From assembly GCA_951406725.2 (NCBI GenBank), contig OX597820.1:67208001-67272000 (forward strand): a stretch of 64,000 nt of DNA, written 5' to 3'. The notes beneath the pieces were generated by a model. That model was not told the DNA's origin and ran no database searches. It worked only from the letters and a program-made list of their open reading frames with translations. Source of the DNA: Octopus vulgaris. Its lineage: Eukaryota. A program made the position numbers and the translations under genes. Of this stretch, positions 52,553 through 64,000 are shown piece after piece; position 1 is the first letter of the stretch; the number at the start of each line of letters is the position of its first letter.

Positions 52553-53737
52553 GTAGGTACTAATTTTACTTCTTACTTTCTTTTTAATCACATCCGACCT
52601 CGTTTATCACGGGTGTTGGTTAATAAAAAAAAACACCGTGTTAAATGAATCATTGATATATGAATAATAGAACATATGACAAAAATAAGCTTCGTTCCGA
52701 GACCCTAAGCTGTTCCCTTAACTTACCCAAATAACATCTCCCAACAGTTTCTAAATACACGTAATAATATATTTTTTTCATATTTGGACAAATATTTGTA
52801 GTAAAATTTTAATAATATATGACTAACAAATATAAAAAAGAACTGAAAAAATATCGTTACAAGCAGAATCTGATTGCCGACAGTGTTATCACAGGTCAAT
52901 TCGTGGAAAGCAAGGCTAGATATACTTGTCTTTTCAGTGATAAACGAGGTTAGATGTACTGGTCTTTTCCTCTTCATTCTTAACTTCTGTGTACTTCTTT
53001 GTTTTTCTTGTGGTTTTGTTGTTATTGTCGCCAAATCAGATTTATATTCAAAGCCGTTTCATCCATGATGATCCTGTCTCCAGTTTTTCTTTTTTAAACA
53101 CAATGTTTCAACGTCTACATTATTCAATGTGTCCTTCCATTTTTAAGAGGAGTGTACTGTGATTTTGAGGGAGTTTTGGCTGCTGCTTCTAACAGATCGA
53201 ATGACCATTTGGAGGCGCCTTCATCGGCTCGATAATCCAATTTTTTTTTGTTTTGCTGTTGTTGTTTAGCTCCATGCCAGTCCTGTTCAACAAACCAATG
53301 AACTAAAGCATTCTCCAGCAGTGGCCACCCCACCATTCTGTATATTAGGGACAACTTAATCTCTGTTTTGTCTTTTTTTAAAGAAAGACAATAGAGATAT
53401 GATTAAAGGGAGATTTGGTTGCTATTTCAAAGGCTCTAATAACCATACTATAGACGTTCGGTGATTGGTCCTTAAAACAAAGTTCCAAATAATACTGAGA
53501 TCAGTATAATCGATAAGCCCTTCTCCCACCCTCAAAAATTCTGGTTTTGTGCCTTTGATATTTCCGTAATGAATGAAATAGCGGTAAATGAATCTTTTCT
53601 CCGTACCTTGTAAATGGAACAAGTGATAGATTTTTAACACCAAATTCGTGGCTCACAGCAGTGAAGCTTCCACCGTCATCTCTACCTTTTCCCGTAGAAA
53701 ATACATTCGTCTGCGACGTTTGTACTTGAAGCAGAAT

Positions 53738-53850
53738 TATTATTACCTCCGCCTTAGCAAATGCGGAGATATTGTTTTCAGTCGTGTTTGTTTGTTTGTC
53801 CGTGGACAAGATATCTCAAGAACCGCTGGATGGATTCGGATGAAACTTTC
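53738..53850. mobile_element. Helentron-associated (DINE/HINE-like) fragment
   Basis: TTATTACCTCCGCC..GCGGAG hairpin, (GTTT)n, GATGGATTCGGATGAAACTTT layout. Confidence 0.55.
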
Positions 53851-53966
53851 GTCTTATACAGACTAGTTTTTTGGTATCTTTCGTCTTTCTGATCTTCCTC
53901 CTTTTTTCGTTTCCAAATTCTTCAATTGTTTTCTTTCTGTTTTCTTTTTTCCTCTTCTTCTTGCAG

Positions 53967-54065
53967 AATGGTTGGTCACCTCTGTTGGTTGCAAGTGAGA
54001 AAGGCCAATTGGAAATTGTCAAGATTCTCCTGCAGAACAATGCACGTATAGATGTCTTTGATGAG
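53967..54065 (+). CDS. TRPN1: TRPN1 visible exon 14 (33 aa)
   Basis: ttgcAG|NGWSPLLVASEKGQLEIVKILLQNNARIDVFDE|GTAAGA; 99 nt. Confidence 0.94.
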
Positions 54066-54439
54066 GTAAGATTCTCTACAAAACTCTATTTCTTTATAAG
54101 TTTATTTACAGGTGGTGGAGTAGAGTGGGACGATAAAATAAGTCCAAACCAAATTCTGGAGCTTGTATAATCAATGAAATCAGCGCCTTCTTTTATGTTT
54201 AAAAGCAGTGTTATCATGAGAATTTAGAAACTTCGATTGAACGTGAAATAATTTGTTTTTAAGAATTGAACTCGAAGTAGAAAAACTATAAACAATAGTG
54301 TATAAATATTGGGTTTAAAAACCTGCTGGATAGAAAAATTCTATTCAAAAAATAATATAAAAAATAATCATTTCACGTACTCTCGAAGTTTCTAAATTCT
54401 TATGACGTCATCGTCAATAACATACAATTCTTGCTGGTA

Positions 54440-54840
54440 ACTCTTTTACTCTTTTACTTGTTTCAGTCATTTGACTGCGGCCATGCTGGAGCACCGCCTT
54501 TAGTCGAGCAAATCCACCCTAGGACTTATTCTTTGTAAGCCTAGTACTTATTCTATCGGTCTCTCTTGCCGAACCGCTAAGTTATGGGGACGTAAACACA
54601 CCAGTATCGATTGCCAAGCGATGTTGAGGGGACAAACACAGACACACACATGCACACACATATATACATATATATGACGGGCTTCTTCTTACAGTTTCCG
54701 TCTACCAAATCTACTCACTAGGCTTTGGTCGTCCCGAGGCTATAGTAGAAGGTACTTGCCCAAGGTGCCATGCAGTGGGACTGAACCCGGAACCATGTGG
54801 TTGGTAAGCAAGCTACTTACCACACAGCCATTCCTGCGCC
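54440..54840 (-). mobile_element. SINE family A, full length
   Basis: Reverse-complement match ending in CCTGCGCC head. Confidence 0.92.
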
Positions 54841-55339
54841 TATTAAGAATAACGTTTCTGAAATTTGTAGAGAAATTCGAAAGATTGCCTTGGTCCAATT
54901 GTAGAATATGTGTAATTTTTACAGAAGTGGATTCGAAACCTACGAGCACCCTTAGAATTTTTTTTATCTAAAATCTATTTTAGCTCAATATTTCCACACT
55001 ATTATTCATAGCTTTTCTATTTCGAGTTCAAACGTTAAAAAACGAATTATTTCAATATTACTTATTCACAAGTGAAAGACTGATCGAAATTTATGGTAGA
55101 ATGTCAGAATATGTGTCACGCAGCATTCGTTAGATTTCCCATTTGGGGGAAGGGAGGCTTAAGCCTAAGTTCAAATCAAACTGAGTTAACTTTGCCTTTC
55201 AAATCCGGGATCGATAATAAAATAAGTATCAGTAACACACCGCAGGCGATTAAATTCTCTATAGCTCTTCCTTATAAATATCTTGTCATGTACCAAATTT
55301 AATCAGCCCTCTAGGCAAAACACAATTTTCGACTGTTGT

Positions 55340-56070
55340 GAATCATATTTTGACGAATGTGAATTCTATTTTGATAACTGCTAATGTTATTTTGGTAATT
55401 ACAATTTCTGTTTTCCATGGTTGCCAATTCTATTTTAACAGTTACTAATTCTTTTTTTTTTTTATTTTGACGGTGGTCAGTAATATTGTGATGAGTGCCA
55501 ATCGAGCATGACGGTAGTAAAATTACTTTAACTCTCACCAACTTTATACTCTGACAATTAGCATGTTCTAATTTGACAATGGCAAATTCTATTTTGACAA
55601 CTATCAGTTCTATTTTGACAGCCGATGATAACCTATTTTGTGCGGCTAAATAACAATATTTTGATGATAACCTATCCTATTTTGGCGGTTGTCGATTTCA
55701 TTTCGATGATTGCCTATCTACTTTACAAATAAGAATTCTACAAACTAACCTATTTTTAAGGTTACCAATCTTATTTCGTAGGTTGCAGATACTATTTTTG
55801 ATAATTTCCAATCCTATATTAACGATTGTCAATTCTCTTTTGAAGGCTTTCATTTCTATTTTCAATCCTACTTCGAAGATTGCCAATCCCATTCTGACGA
55901 CTGTCAATTTACGGCAGTCAATTCTACATTGGCGATTGCCAGTCCTAATTTTGACAACTGCCAGTCCTATTTTAACAGTTGTCACTCCTTGACAATTTCC
56001 AATTCTATTCTAAGAGTTCTCGGTCCTCTTTTGACGATTGCCTATCTTATCTTGGCTGTTACTAAACCTA
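55340..56070. repeat. Degenerate ~22-23-bp minisatellite
   Basis: Recurring TTGACAATTGCCAATTCTATT-like unit. Confidence 0.75.
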
Positions 56071-56202
56071 TTTTCGTAAAACTTATACAAGTTTAACTAA
56101 ATACTTCCCAACGATTCGCCATTTTACAGATAAAAATATTTCCACTTTATACTGCTTTATATTTATTAACTTGTTCCTGATTATTTTTTATTCTGTTTCC
56201 AG

Positions 56203-56403
56203 CATGGAAAAGCAGCATTGCATTTAGCTGCAGAGAATGGTCATGAAGAAGTTGCAGATTTATTGCTGGAATATAAGGCTTTTGTGAATGCGAAATCCAA
56301 AATCGGAGTGACGCCACTTCATTTAGCCGCACAAAATGGCTACTGCAACTTAGTAAAGTTACTCATTGAGAAACACAATGCATCGATTGATGCCCTTACG
56401 CTG
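56203..56403 (+). CDS. TRPN1: TRPN1 visible exon 15 (67 aa, two repeats)
   Basis: ttccAG|HGKAALHLAAENGHEEVADLLLEYKAFVNAKSKIGVTPLHLAAQNGYCNLVKLLIEKHNASIDALTL|GTCTGT; 201 nt. Confidence 0.93.
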
Positions 56404-56911
56404 GTCTGTATTAAAATCTCTTCCTTTATTGCGTTTCTTTTCATGTGAGTACGTGCGGGTGTGAGAGAATATGTGCCGGTAAGCGTATGTATATGAGAGT
56501 GCATGTATGTTTGTGAGGGAATAATATATGTATTTGGTGGGTTTATTTATGTGTGTTATATGTACGTGTATGCATGTGGTACAATGTGTGTATGTATATC
56601 TTATGAGCTTGGTTGTGTCAGTGTGTGTGTGTCTACTTCTATATATGAAAGAATGAATGTGTATGCGGGTGTGCGGATGTGTCAGCGAATGAACGTCTCT
56701 ATGTATTTAAGTGGGTGTTTTTTTTTATTATTATGAAAAAGTGAGTGCATCCAAGTATTTGTATGTTTGTGCGTGTGAGTGAATATGTATGAATGGGTGA
56801 GTGCAGGCTTGTGTGTATGAACACGTGATTGTGTGTGCATACCCATTTGGAATTATGAATCCTATAATTTATTTACTGCTTTCTCATTTCTTCATATATA
56901 TATATATATAT

Positions 56912-56963
<52 letters not shown>

Positions 56964-57139
56964 TATATATACAATATATAATATATTTATATATACAATA
57001 TATAATATATTTATATATACAATATATAATATATTTATATATTTATACATATATAATATATAATATTTATATATACAATATATAATATATTTATATATTT
57101 ATATATATATAATATACATATATATATATTTCAAAACAG

Positions 57140-57238
57140 AAACAAAAGACCGCCCTCCACATGGCTGCCCAAAATGGCCGTATTGACGTATGCAGTTGTT
57201 TGCTAAACATGAATGCAAATCCTAGCACCACTGATTCG
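57140..57238 (+). CDS. TRPN1: TRPN1 visible exon 16 (33 aa)
   Basis: aaacAG|KQKTALHMAAQNGRIDVCSCLLNMNANPSTTDS|GTATGT; 99 nt. Confidence 0.92.
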
Positions 57239-58378
57239 GTATGTATTTTTTTCTCTCTTCATTCAATAGCTACATATGTGTCTGGAGAAAACGATAGAGA
57301 GGGAGGGAGTGAGAGATAGATAGAGGGAGAGAGGGAGGTGTAAAAGGATGGAATCGCTAATAAGTTTGCTGGGCAATTACAAGGTTTCATGTTCTATCTC
57401 ATCATGAGGAAATATTATTTTCTTTAACTTGGGATCGACTCATACATTGTGTGTAAGCTTAAGCTGACAGAAACTATGTGTCATTCTGATTTTCCGTGCG
57501 AATTACGTTTAGAGTATACGTGTCTGGTCTGTGGTATACTCAGCCGCTTACATGCTAATTAAATGAGCTGAAAATAATTGAATCCTCACCGTGGAAATAG
57601 ACTTTGAATTTCCCGGTGTCGATTCAGTAAGCACCAATCATATACTGAGGTCGATACATCGATTGTTTTCCCCTCCAAAATATGTGATCCTACGCATAAG
57701 TTAGAAATCATTATTTACCAACAAGCAGACAGACACAATCGTTAACAAATCGGAAAAAAAATGCTTAGTGACATTTCTTCCGGTTCTTTGCGTTCTGGGC
57801 TCAGTCTGCCGGGTCAACATTGCCTGCTATTCTTTCGGGGTCGATAAAAATAGTATCAGTCAAGCGCTGGTGTCGGTGTAATCGATTTCCTCCTCCACTT
57901 AAAAAACTACTGGATTTGTACGAAAAATTGATACGGTTATTTGATCTCAATTAACCCATAAAGCGCTGGGATTTGCACTTGAACTGCTGAGCACGTTTTA
58001 TGAAAATGAGACTACCATGCACACATAAAAAGCAAAGAAATATCTTCTTAGTACATAATGATGGCAAGTTTTACATCTGAAAAGTCATTAATCCTCTTGC
58101 ATTCTGAGGGGTATCGGAGCATTTGAGTGACATTAGACCCCAACAAAAGCCCATAAATTAAATACGTCTATCTGGGCCACAATCGAGACCTGTCGACCTG
58201 TGTTAAGAGTGGTGAATGGCAGAATCGTTAGAATCGGACGAAATGCATTGTGGTATTTAGTTGTAGTTCTTTTCGTCTTGAGTTCAAATCCTGCCATGAA
58301 CCATTTTATCCTTCATCTTTTCGAGATCTATAGAATAAGTATTAATCAAGTACTGGGATCAATATAGTCGATTGTTCA

Positions 58379-58413
<35 letters not shown>

Positions 58414-58832
58414 ATTTCCGGCTTTGTGAAAATATAAGAAAATATTGTTTAACCTCAGATCATTCCTGGTTAAGGAGATCTACCATCAAATATGTTCCAA
58501 CCTTAACCACTCATCTTCATTTAAGACACTGTATCAAGGACAATATTATCTCAGGTGTCCTCTCTTTATATAAACGGAAGCTTGTAAGTTGAGAAAGGTT
58601 TAGTTGTTTTTTCTAACAAAATCAAACGACTACATAAAGTTTCCTTCGATATCTTGAAATATTTTAAGTCTGAAGAAAGAAGACAAATACATAAATTTTT
58701 TGGATTCGAAGCCAGTCGATCTAAAGTTGAAATTGACTGTAAATATGGAGTTCCATTATCTTCATAGAATTAAACTTAATTCTATGTTCTTCAGCTTTTG
58801 GGAATACGAACAAGTCGATATGTTCCTTGCAA

Positions 58833-59052
58833 TACGAGGGATGCTGAAAAGTTCCTGGATTTGGGTAAAAGAAAATATAGGAGGATCAATTAATTATGAT
58901 TTTATTCAACATATTCCCCTCTCAGATTCACACACTTAATGTAGCGGTCCTTCAGTTTTTCTAAACCTTGTAAAAGAACTCGAAAGGTTGGACCTCTAAT
59001 CAGGCCTCTCGCGATACTCTTAAAGTCTGGAATTTTTCAGTACCCTCTCGTA
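58833..59052. mobile_element. Mariner-derived MITE
   Basis: TIRs TACGAGGGATGCTGAAAAGTTCC / GGAATTTTTCAGTACCCTCTCGTA with TA ends. Confidence 0.85.
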
Positions 59053-59595
59053 TAGTTGTGTCGTATTTACAGAGAAGAATTCTCTCTTGTCCGATTAACA
59101 CTATGCCATCAACTGCAGCAGTGGTTTTATTTTTTATAAGCCGTTGTCGGGTTTTGGCGATTGTCCTTATAAAACAATCGTCAAAACCCGAAAACGACCC
59201 ATAAAATGGATTTATAAAACTAAACAAATAAAATATAAACACTCACCAAAAGTGCAAAGTTCCTCGTGGAGCAAACTTCATTGTGTAATATTTATGTTGT
59301 CGCGAACTAATTTTGTATTATCAAACTTGAAAAGTTGATCGATCATCGATTGATTCTTAATGGTTTATAACTGCGGCAAGTTTGCTAACAGATAATTTAT
59401 CAAAAGCGTCACAGCATGATAAATCCCTCTTCCTTGAAACGCGAAGTCCTCTCGCCTGTATCATAAATAATTATCATTTCTTTGATGGGAGCTAATGTTT
59501 CACTGGTGAATAATTGGCCTATTCGAACTTAGTATAGCTAACAAAATATGTCCGTTAATTTTAGTAAAAGAGTATTTGTAATTCGAAAGGAAACA

Positions 59596-59790
59596 CACGT
59601 CACTTCAAAGTGAGAATAAAGATTTCAACTTGAACGCGTTACTTCAAAGTGAGGATTGTGATTTCAACGTGAGCATGTTGCTTCAAAGTGAAAGTAGCTA
59701 TTTCAATGTGAGCACGTTACTTCAAAGTGTAAATCGCTATTTCAACGTGAGTATATCACATAAAAGTGAGAATAGCGATTTCAACGATAG
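59596..59790. repeat. 39-bp minisatellite, five copies
   Basis: Unit ~CACGTTACTTCAAAGTGAGAATAGCGATTTCAACGTGAG, period exactly 39. Confidence 0.9.
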
Positions 59791-60655
59791 CACATTTCAC
59801 TCTAAGAAAACTTAAATATACTTTGTTTAATTACTCATCAAAGATGCATCTTCACATAGAAATGTAGTAAGGAATACGTCATCAGTCGGAGTGTAAGTTG
59901 CTATGGTGTTATAAAAAAAAGAAAAAAACTAAACGAAAAATAAAACACCATTTTTCAGTGACAGGAAATCAAATTATGTACGCAGTAGTTATTTCCCTTG
60001 TTTAGCTTATACTTTTTTTATGGACAAAGACGCTAGTGTCCAAGATAGTTTGTTCTCAGCACATGGATTGTTATGATCATAGATCACACTCTATCTTTCT
60101 CTATCCATAAACATTAATTGAAAGACTGCAGACAGAACAGTTTTAAATATATATAAAGGGGCAAGATAAGTGGTAGATGCATTTTATAGCATAATGATGA
60201 GAAGCATATCCATACACGTTAATAGAGAAAAGATTGGATATGGAATAAAATCACTTATGAATCACTGTTATGATGTTATATTTTTTTTATTACATCATTC
60301 TGAGTTAATTTCTCTTTAAAATTGCTATCTTCACTGACAAAATCACATTTTGAAGTCTTAATCTTCTTTGAAGTGACATGGTCTCGCTTTGAAGTGACAT
60401 GTGCTCACTTAGAATTTCAAATACTGTTGTATATTGCGTAACAGCAAAACTCAGTAACTTACATGGCATTTTACAGTCGAACTGAATAACTGATATATCG
60501 CTGATAATCAAACACAATAATTAGCATATCACTTGATAGTAAAAATTATTAATTAGCATATTTTTAGATACTAACTTATTAACTGATATATCGCTTGACA
60601 GTAAAAAATATCACATTAGACAGTCAAATTTACTAGTTGGTATATCACTTTATAG

Positions 60656-60839
60656 CAGTGCTCCGCAATAGGTATGCCACGGCACACTAGTGAACCACGA
60701 GACGATGATAGATGTGCCACAATGTAACCTGAATATAATTTTTTCCCTATACTTTTAGTTATATTTTTAATTCAAGTGTGCCGCCGAATTTTGAAAAGAA
60801 TATACGTGTGCCGCAAATGAAAAAGGTTGCGGAGCACCG
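60656..60839. mobile_element. hAT (Charlie-like) MITE
   Basis: TIRs CAGTGCTCCGCAA / TTGCGGAGCACCG; 8-bp TSD CTTTATAG / CTTTATTG. Confidence 0.85.
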
Positions 60840-61176
60840 CTTTATTGTCATACTTTGTAAATTGTATATCACCGACAAAAATAGTAAATTCGCATATCGC
60901 TTGTTGGTCAAATTTAATAGTTAGTATTTATTTTAATATGATCTTGTCCCAAACAAGCCTCGAGGTCATTATAGCATAAGGGACAACAAAAATGGGGCTT
61001 ATTGACAGGAAGTTTAGGGGACTAAATATAACAGAACTAAAAGAACAAGCTGATGGCTGTTCGAGGAATTAAACTATTAGAATAAAAGAGATTATGACTA
61101 ACAAAAAGCTCACCAGAGAATCTATGCAAATGGCAAGAGAAGCGGGTGACACGTTTAAAGGTATTGACAGAAAGGA

Positions 61177-61407
61177 AGGCGGCGAGCTGGCAGAAACGTT
61201 AGCACGCCGGGCGAAATGCGTAGCTGTATTTCGTCTGCCGTTACGTTCTGAGTTCAAATTCCGCCGAGGTCGAGTTTGCCTTTCATCCTTACGGAGTCGA
61301 TTAAATAAGTACCAGTTACGCACTGGGGTCGATGTAATCGACTTAATCCGTTTGTCTGTCCTTGTTTGTCTCCTCTGTGTTTAGCCCCTTGTGGGTAGTA
61401 AAGAAAT
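61177..61407 (+). mobile_element. SINE family B, full length with TSD
   Basis: Perfect 18-bp TSD AGGTATTGACAGAAAGGA at 61159-61176 and 61408-61425. Confidence 0.93.
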
Positions 61408-61834
61408 AGGTATTGACAGAAAGGACTAAACCACGAAGTTCATCAAAGCAATGGCCATGAAAATACTTATAGAAAAAACACAACGCTTATACTACTTGAC
61501 AGTAAAACTTACTGAAACAGTTAAAGTTACTAACTGGGGTATCACTTAACGGGTAAAAATATTAACTGGTTTGTCAAGTAACAGTCAAATATAACAGCTA
61601 AATTATAACCTTCAAACTTCACGCATGCAATATCACTTAAAAATCAGAGCTGGCCTGTTGATGTCAAAAATTGATATATTCGATGTCATACAATAAAATC
61701 TTTTCTCTTTAGTTGGTTAGTCCATCAAGTTTAGTTTTTGTTTGTTTTTTCTTTGTCTATTGACATAGGAAATATACTAAATTATCTTAAATATCTTGAA
61801 TAGAAACAACTTATATGTATTTGTTTTTCTGCAG

Positions 61835-61936
61835 CTTGGTCAAACACCTCTTCACTTGGCTGCCAAAAATGACCACTCTGAAGTCGTCAAGTTATTTCTC
61901 AAACACAAACAAGAACTGGTGTCCATGAACAGCATG
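61835..61936 (+). CDS. TRPN1: TRPN1 visible exon 17 (34 aa)
   Basis: ctgcAG|LGQTPLHLAAKNDHSEVVKLFLKHKQELVSMNSM|GTAAGG; 102 nt. Confidence 0.93.
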
Positions 61937-62084
61937 GTAAGGTTTAACATTTGCTTGTCCTTCATGTCAAATTTATTTCGTTAGCAAATTAAAAGTAACC
62001 GACACGACCGTATCCAAAAGAAAGCAAACATCTTAGCAACTATTTAATCACGAACACACTACAACCATTAGATCACAGGCGCAC

Positions 62085-62141
<57 letters not shown>

Positions 62142-64000
62142 TAGCTCTCTCCTCTTTCTCTCTCCTCATCTCTGTCTATCTATCTATTTCCTCATTTCTA
62201 TCTATCTATTTCCAACCACTACTACAATGGTTTTTACTCTAATTTCGTTATTGGCATACTTCTTCCACATATACTACTCAACTTTCCTTCTTCCTTCCCT
62301 TTACTGTGTTTCGTATACCAGGCCCTGCACTATATGTTTTACCTAATCTTTCTTTCCCGGAAGTATATCCCTCTGGAAACTCTCCACCACCACCAACACA
62401 GCCTCAATATTTCCTACAAACGCCAGTCTACAGATGTTCAAGTTTAGCTTCAACTACATCAATCGGGAAGACCGCGCAAATAACATACATGTTAACCCTA
62501 ATTCTCTGATTGTCTTATAAACGAAAATACCAAACAAACATGTACAATATGTAAAACTAAATTAGCAAGTTTGCTGTGTGATTATTGTAAACTAGCTACA
62601 AATATTTGATATGAATTATCACTATTTTCTCAAGACTGCTGTTTCGCAAATACTACAGAGCTACTAAGATTTTGTCTAAGTAGTGTATGTTGTAACAAAC
62701 CAGACATTTTGTTTTTAAAATGTCAGACGTAGCTATGGTGAAATCTGTTTGTGTAAAAAAGAATTTTTTTGTTGTGTAACAACATGGATATTTTGTTGTG
62801 TAAAGACAGAAGTGTTTTGTTATGTAAATACAAGAAGCTATTGTTGTGCAAATATAGGGATATTTTGTTGAGTAAATACAGGAAATTCTGTTGCATAAAT
62901 TCTATTGTACAAATTCTGTATAGGCTTGTTGAATGAAATTTTGTAGGCAGAAATTAAGTGGAAGACTGCAAGAAGATCTTCTCTACTCTTGGGTAGTAAA
63001 TTTAATCCGTCGCTAGCTTTATGTCCATCACCTGATCTTTCAGTGACATTAGCAAAGTATATTCCGTTCTGTTTATCGGTGGCCCACAATTCTCGGAAGC
63101 CATAAAGAGGCCTACAGGTAGCGCTCTTCACACTCTGACTAAGACATTAAAAAGATTAGTGTCAACAATTTTATGTCACTTATTCATGATCTTGCGACTA
63201 ACTAAAACAATGATATGATGAAATGAATGTGGTTGAAAGCCTGTTCATATAAAGCATCCGCTTGTTTTAGCACTTTTGCCATATTCTGTGCTGACATGTT
63301 CTCTTTTTGGTTCTCTTAGCAACTTACTAATAAATACTCGGTAATTTTTATCCTGGTAGTTTTATTAAAAACAAGAAATAGGTGGCAGCTGGCAGAATCG
63401 TTAGCACGTTTTACAGAATTGTTAGTGGCTTGTTTTCCCGAGTTCAAATACCACCGAGGCCAATTTTATCTTTCGTCCTTTCGGAGTCAATAAAATAAGG
63501 TACCAGTTAGGTATTGGGTCGATGTAATTGACTAAACTCCTCCCTCTAAAATTACTATCTTCGTACGAAAACTTGAAACCATTATAACAAGAAACCTATA
63601 TTTCTAACAGAGAGAGAGTGTGTATGTGTGTGTGTTTGCGCGCGCGCGCGCAGGGGCAGAGTAGCTGAATGGTTGAGAAGTTCGATTCGCGACCACAAGG
63701 TCCTGGGTGCAATCTGCTGCGTGTCATCTTGAGTAAATGTCCTTTTCTATAATCTTGGGTCGATCCCATATATATTGCGAGTGAAGTTAGGTATACCGAA
63801 ACTATACAGAAGATCGTCGGATGGATTGTACCAGTAATTTACCCGGTGGCACGCCGATTCTGCTTGCATATTACGTTAACGTTACACATGCCTGTAGAAT
63901 GCTCAAACACACATTAATTAAAGAGCAGGTAATTAAGTTTATCAAACAACTGAATTCTTATCATAGAAATCGACAGAGACTTCATATATATATATATATA

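Noticed and set aside
59596-59790. CRISPR-like periodicity
   Set aside because: Whole 39-bp units repeat with no unique spacers; eukaryotic intron with no cas genes.

Overview
Eukaryotic, microsatellite-dense genomic DNA, inferred to be an octopus (Octopus-type tRNA-derived SINE families, extreme (TA)n/(CA)n/(TAA)n load). One gene spans the window on the + strand: 17 GT-AG exons (14493-61936, 1998 nt, 666 aa, about 19 ankyrin repeats) collinear with the ankyrin 'spring' of the mechanosensitive channel TRPN1/NompC. The 5' start and the channel domain are not in the window. Every intron is phase 0 and each exon is one or two ankyrin repeats. The introns and upstream region hold SINEs, MITEs, mariner, CR1/L2, RTE, R4/Dong-like, Penelope and Mag-like Gypsy remnants. 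Most notable: (i) at least five to six distinct type I hammerhead ribozyme motifs beside dinucleotide tracts, one with a complete core, sense to the pre-mRNA and capping a ~130-nt rod; (ii) a complete 2-kb ORF1-only (HAL1-like) retrotransposon with a 16-bp TSD inserted into a SINE head; (iii) an 854-bp non-coding unit whose inverted partial copy spans a head-to-tail junction. All calls were made by eye; no searches or folding programs were run. Almost all ORFs in the supplied track are microsatellite artefacts.
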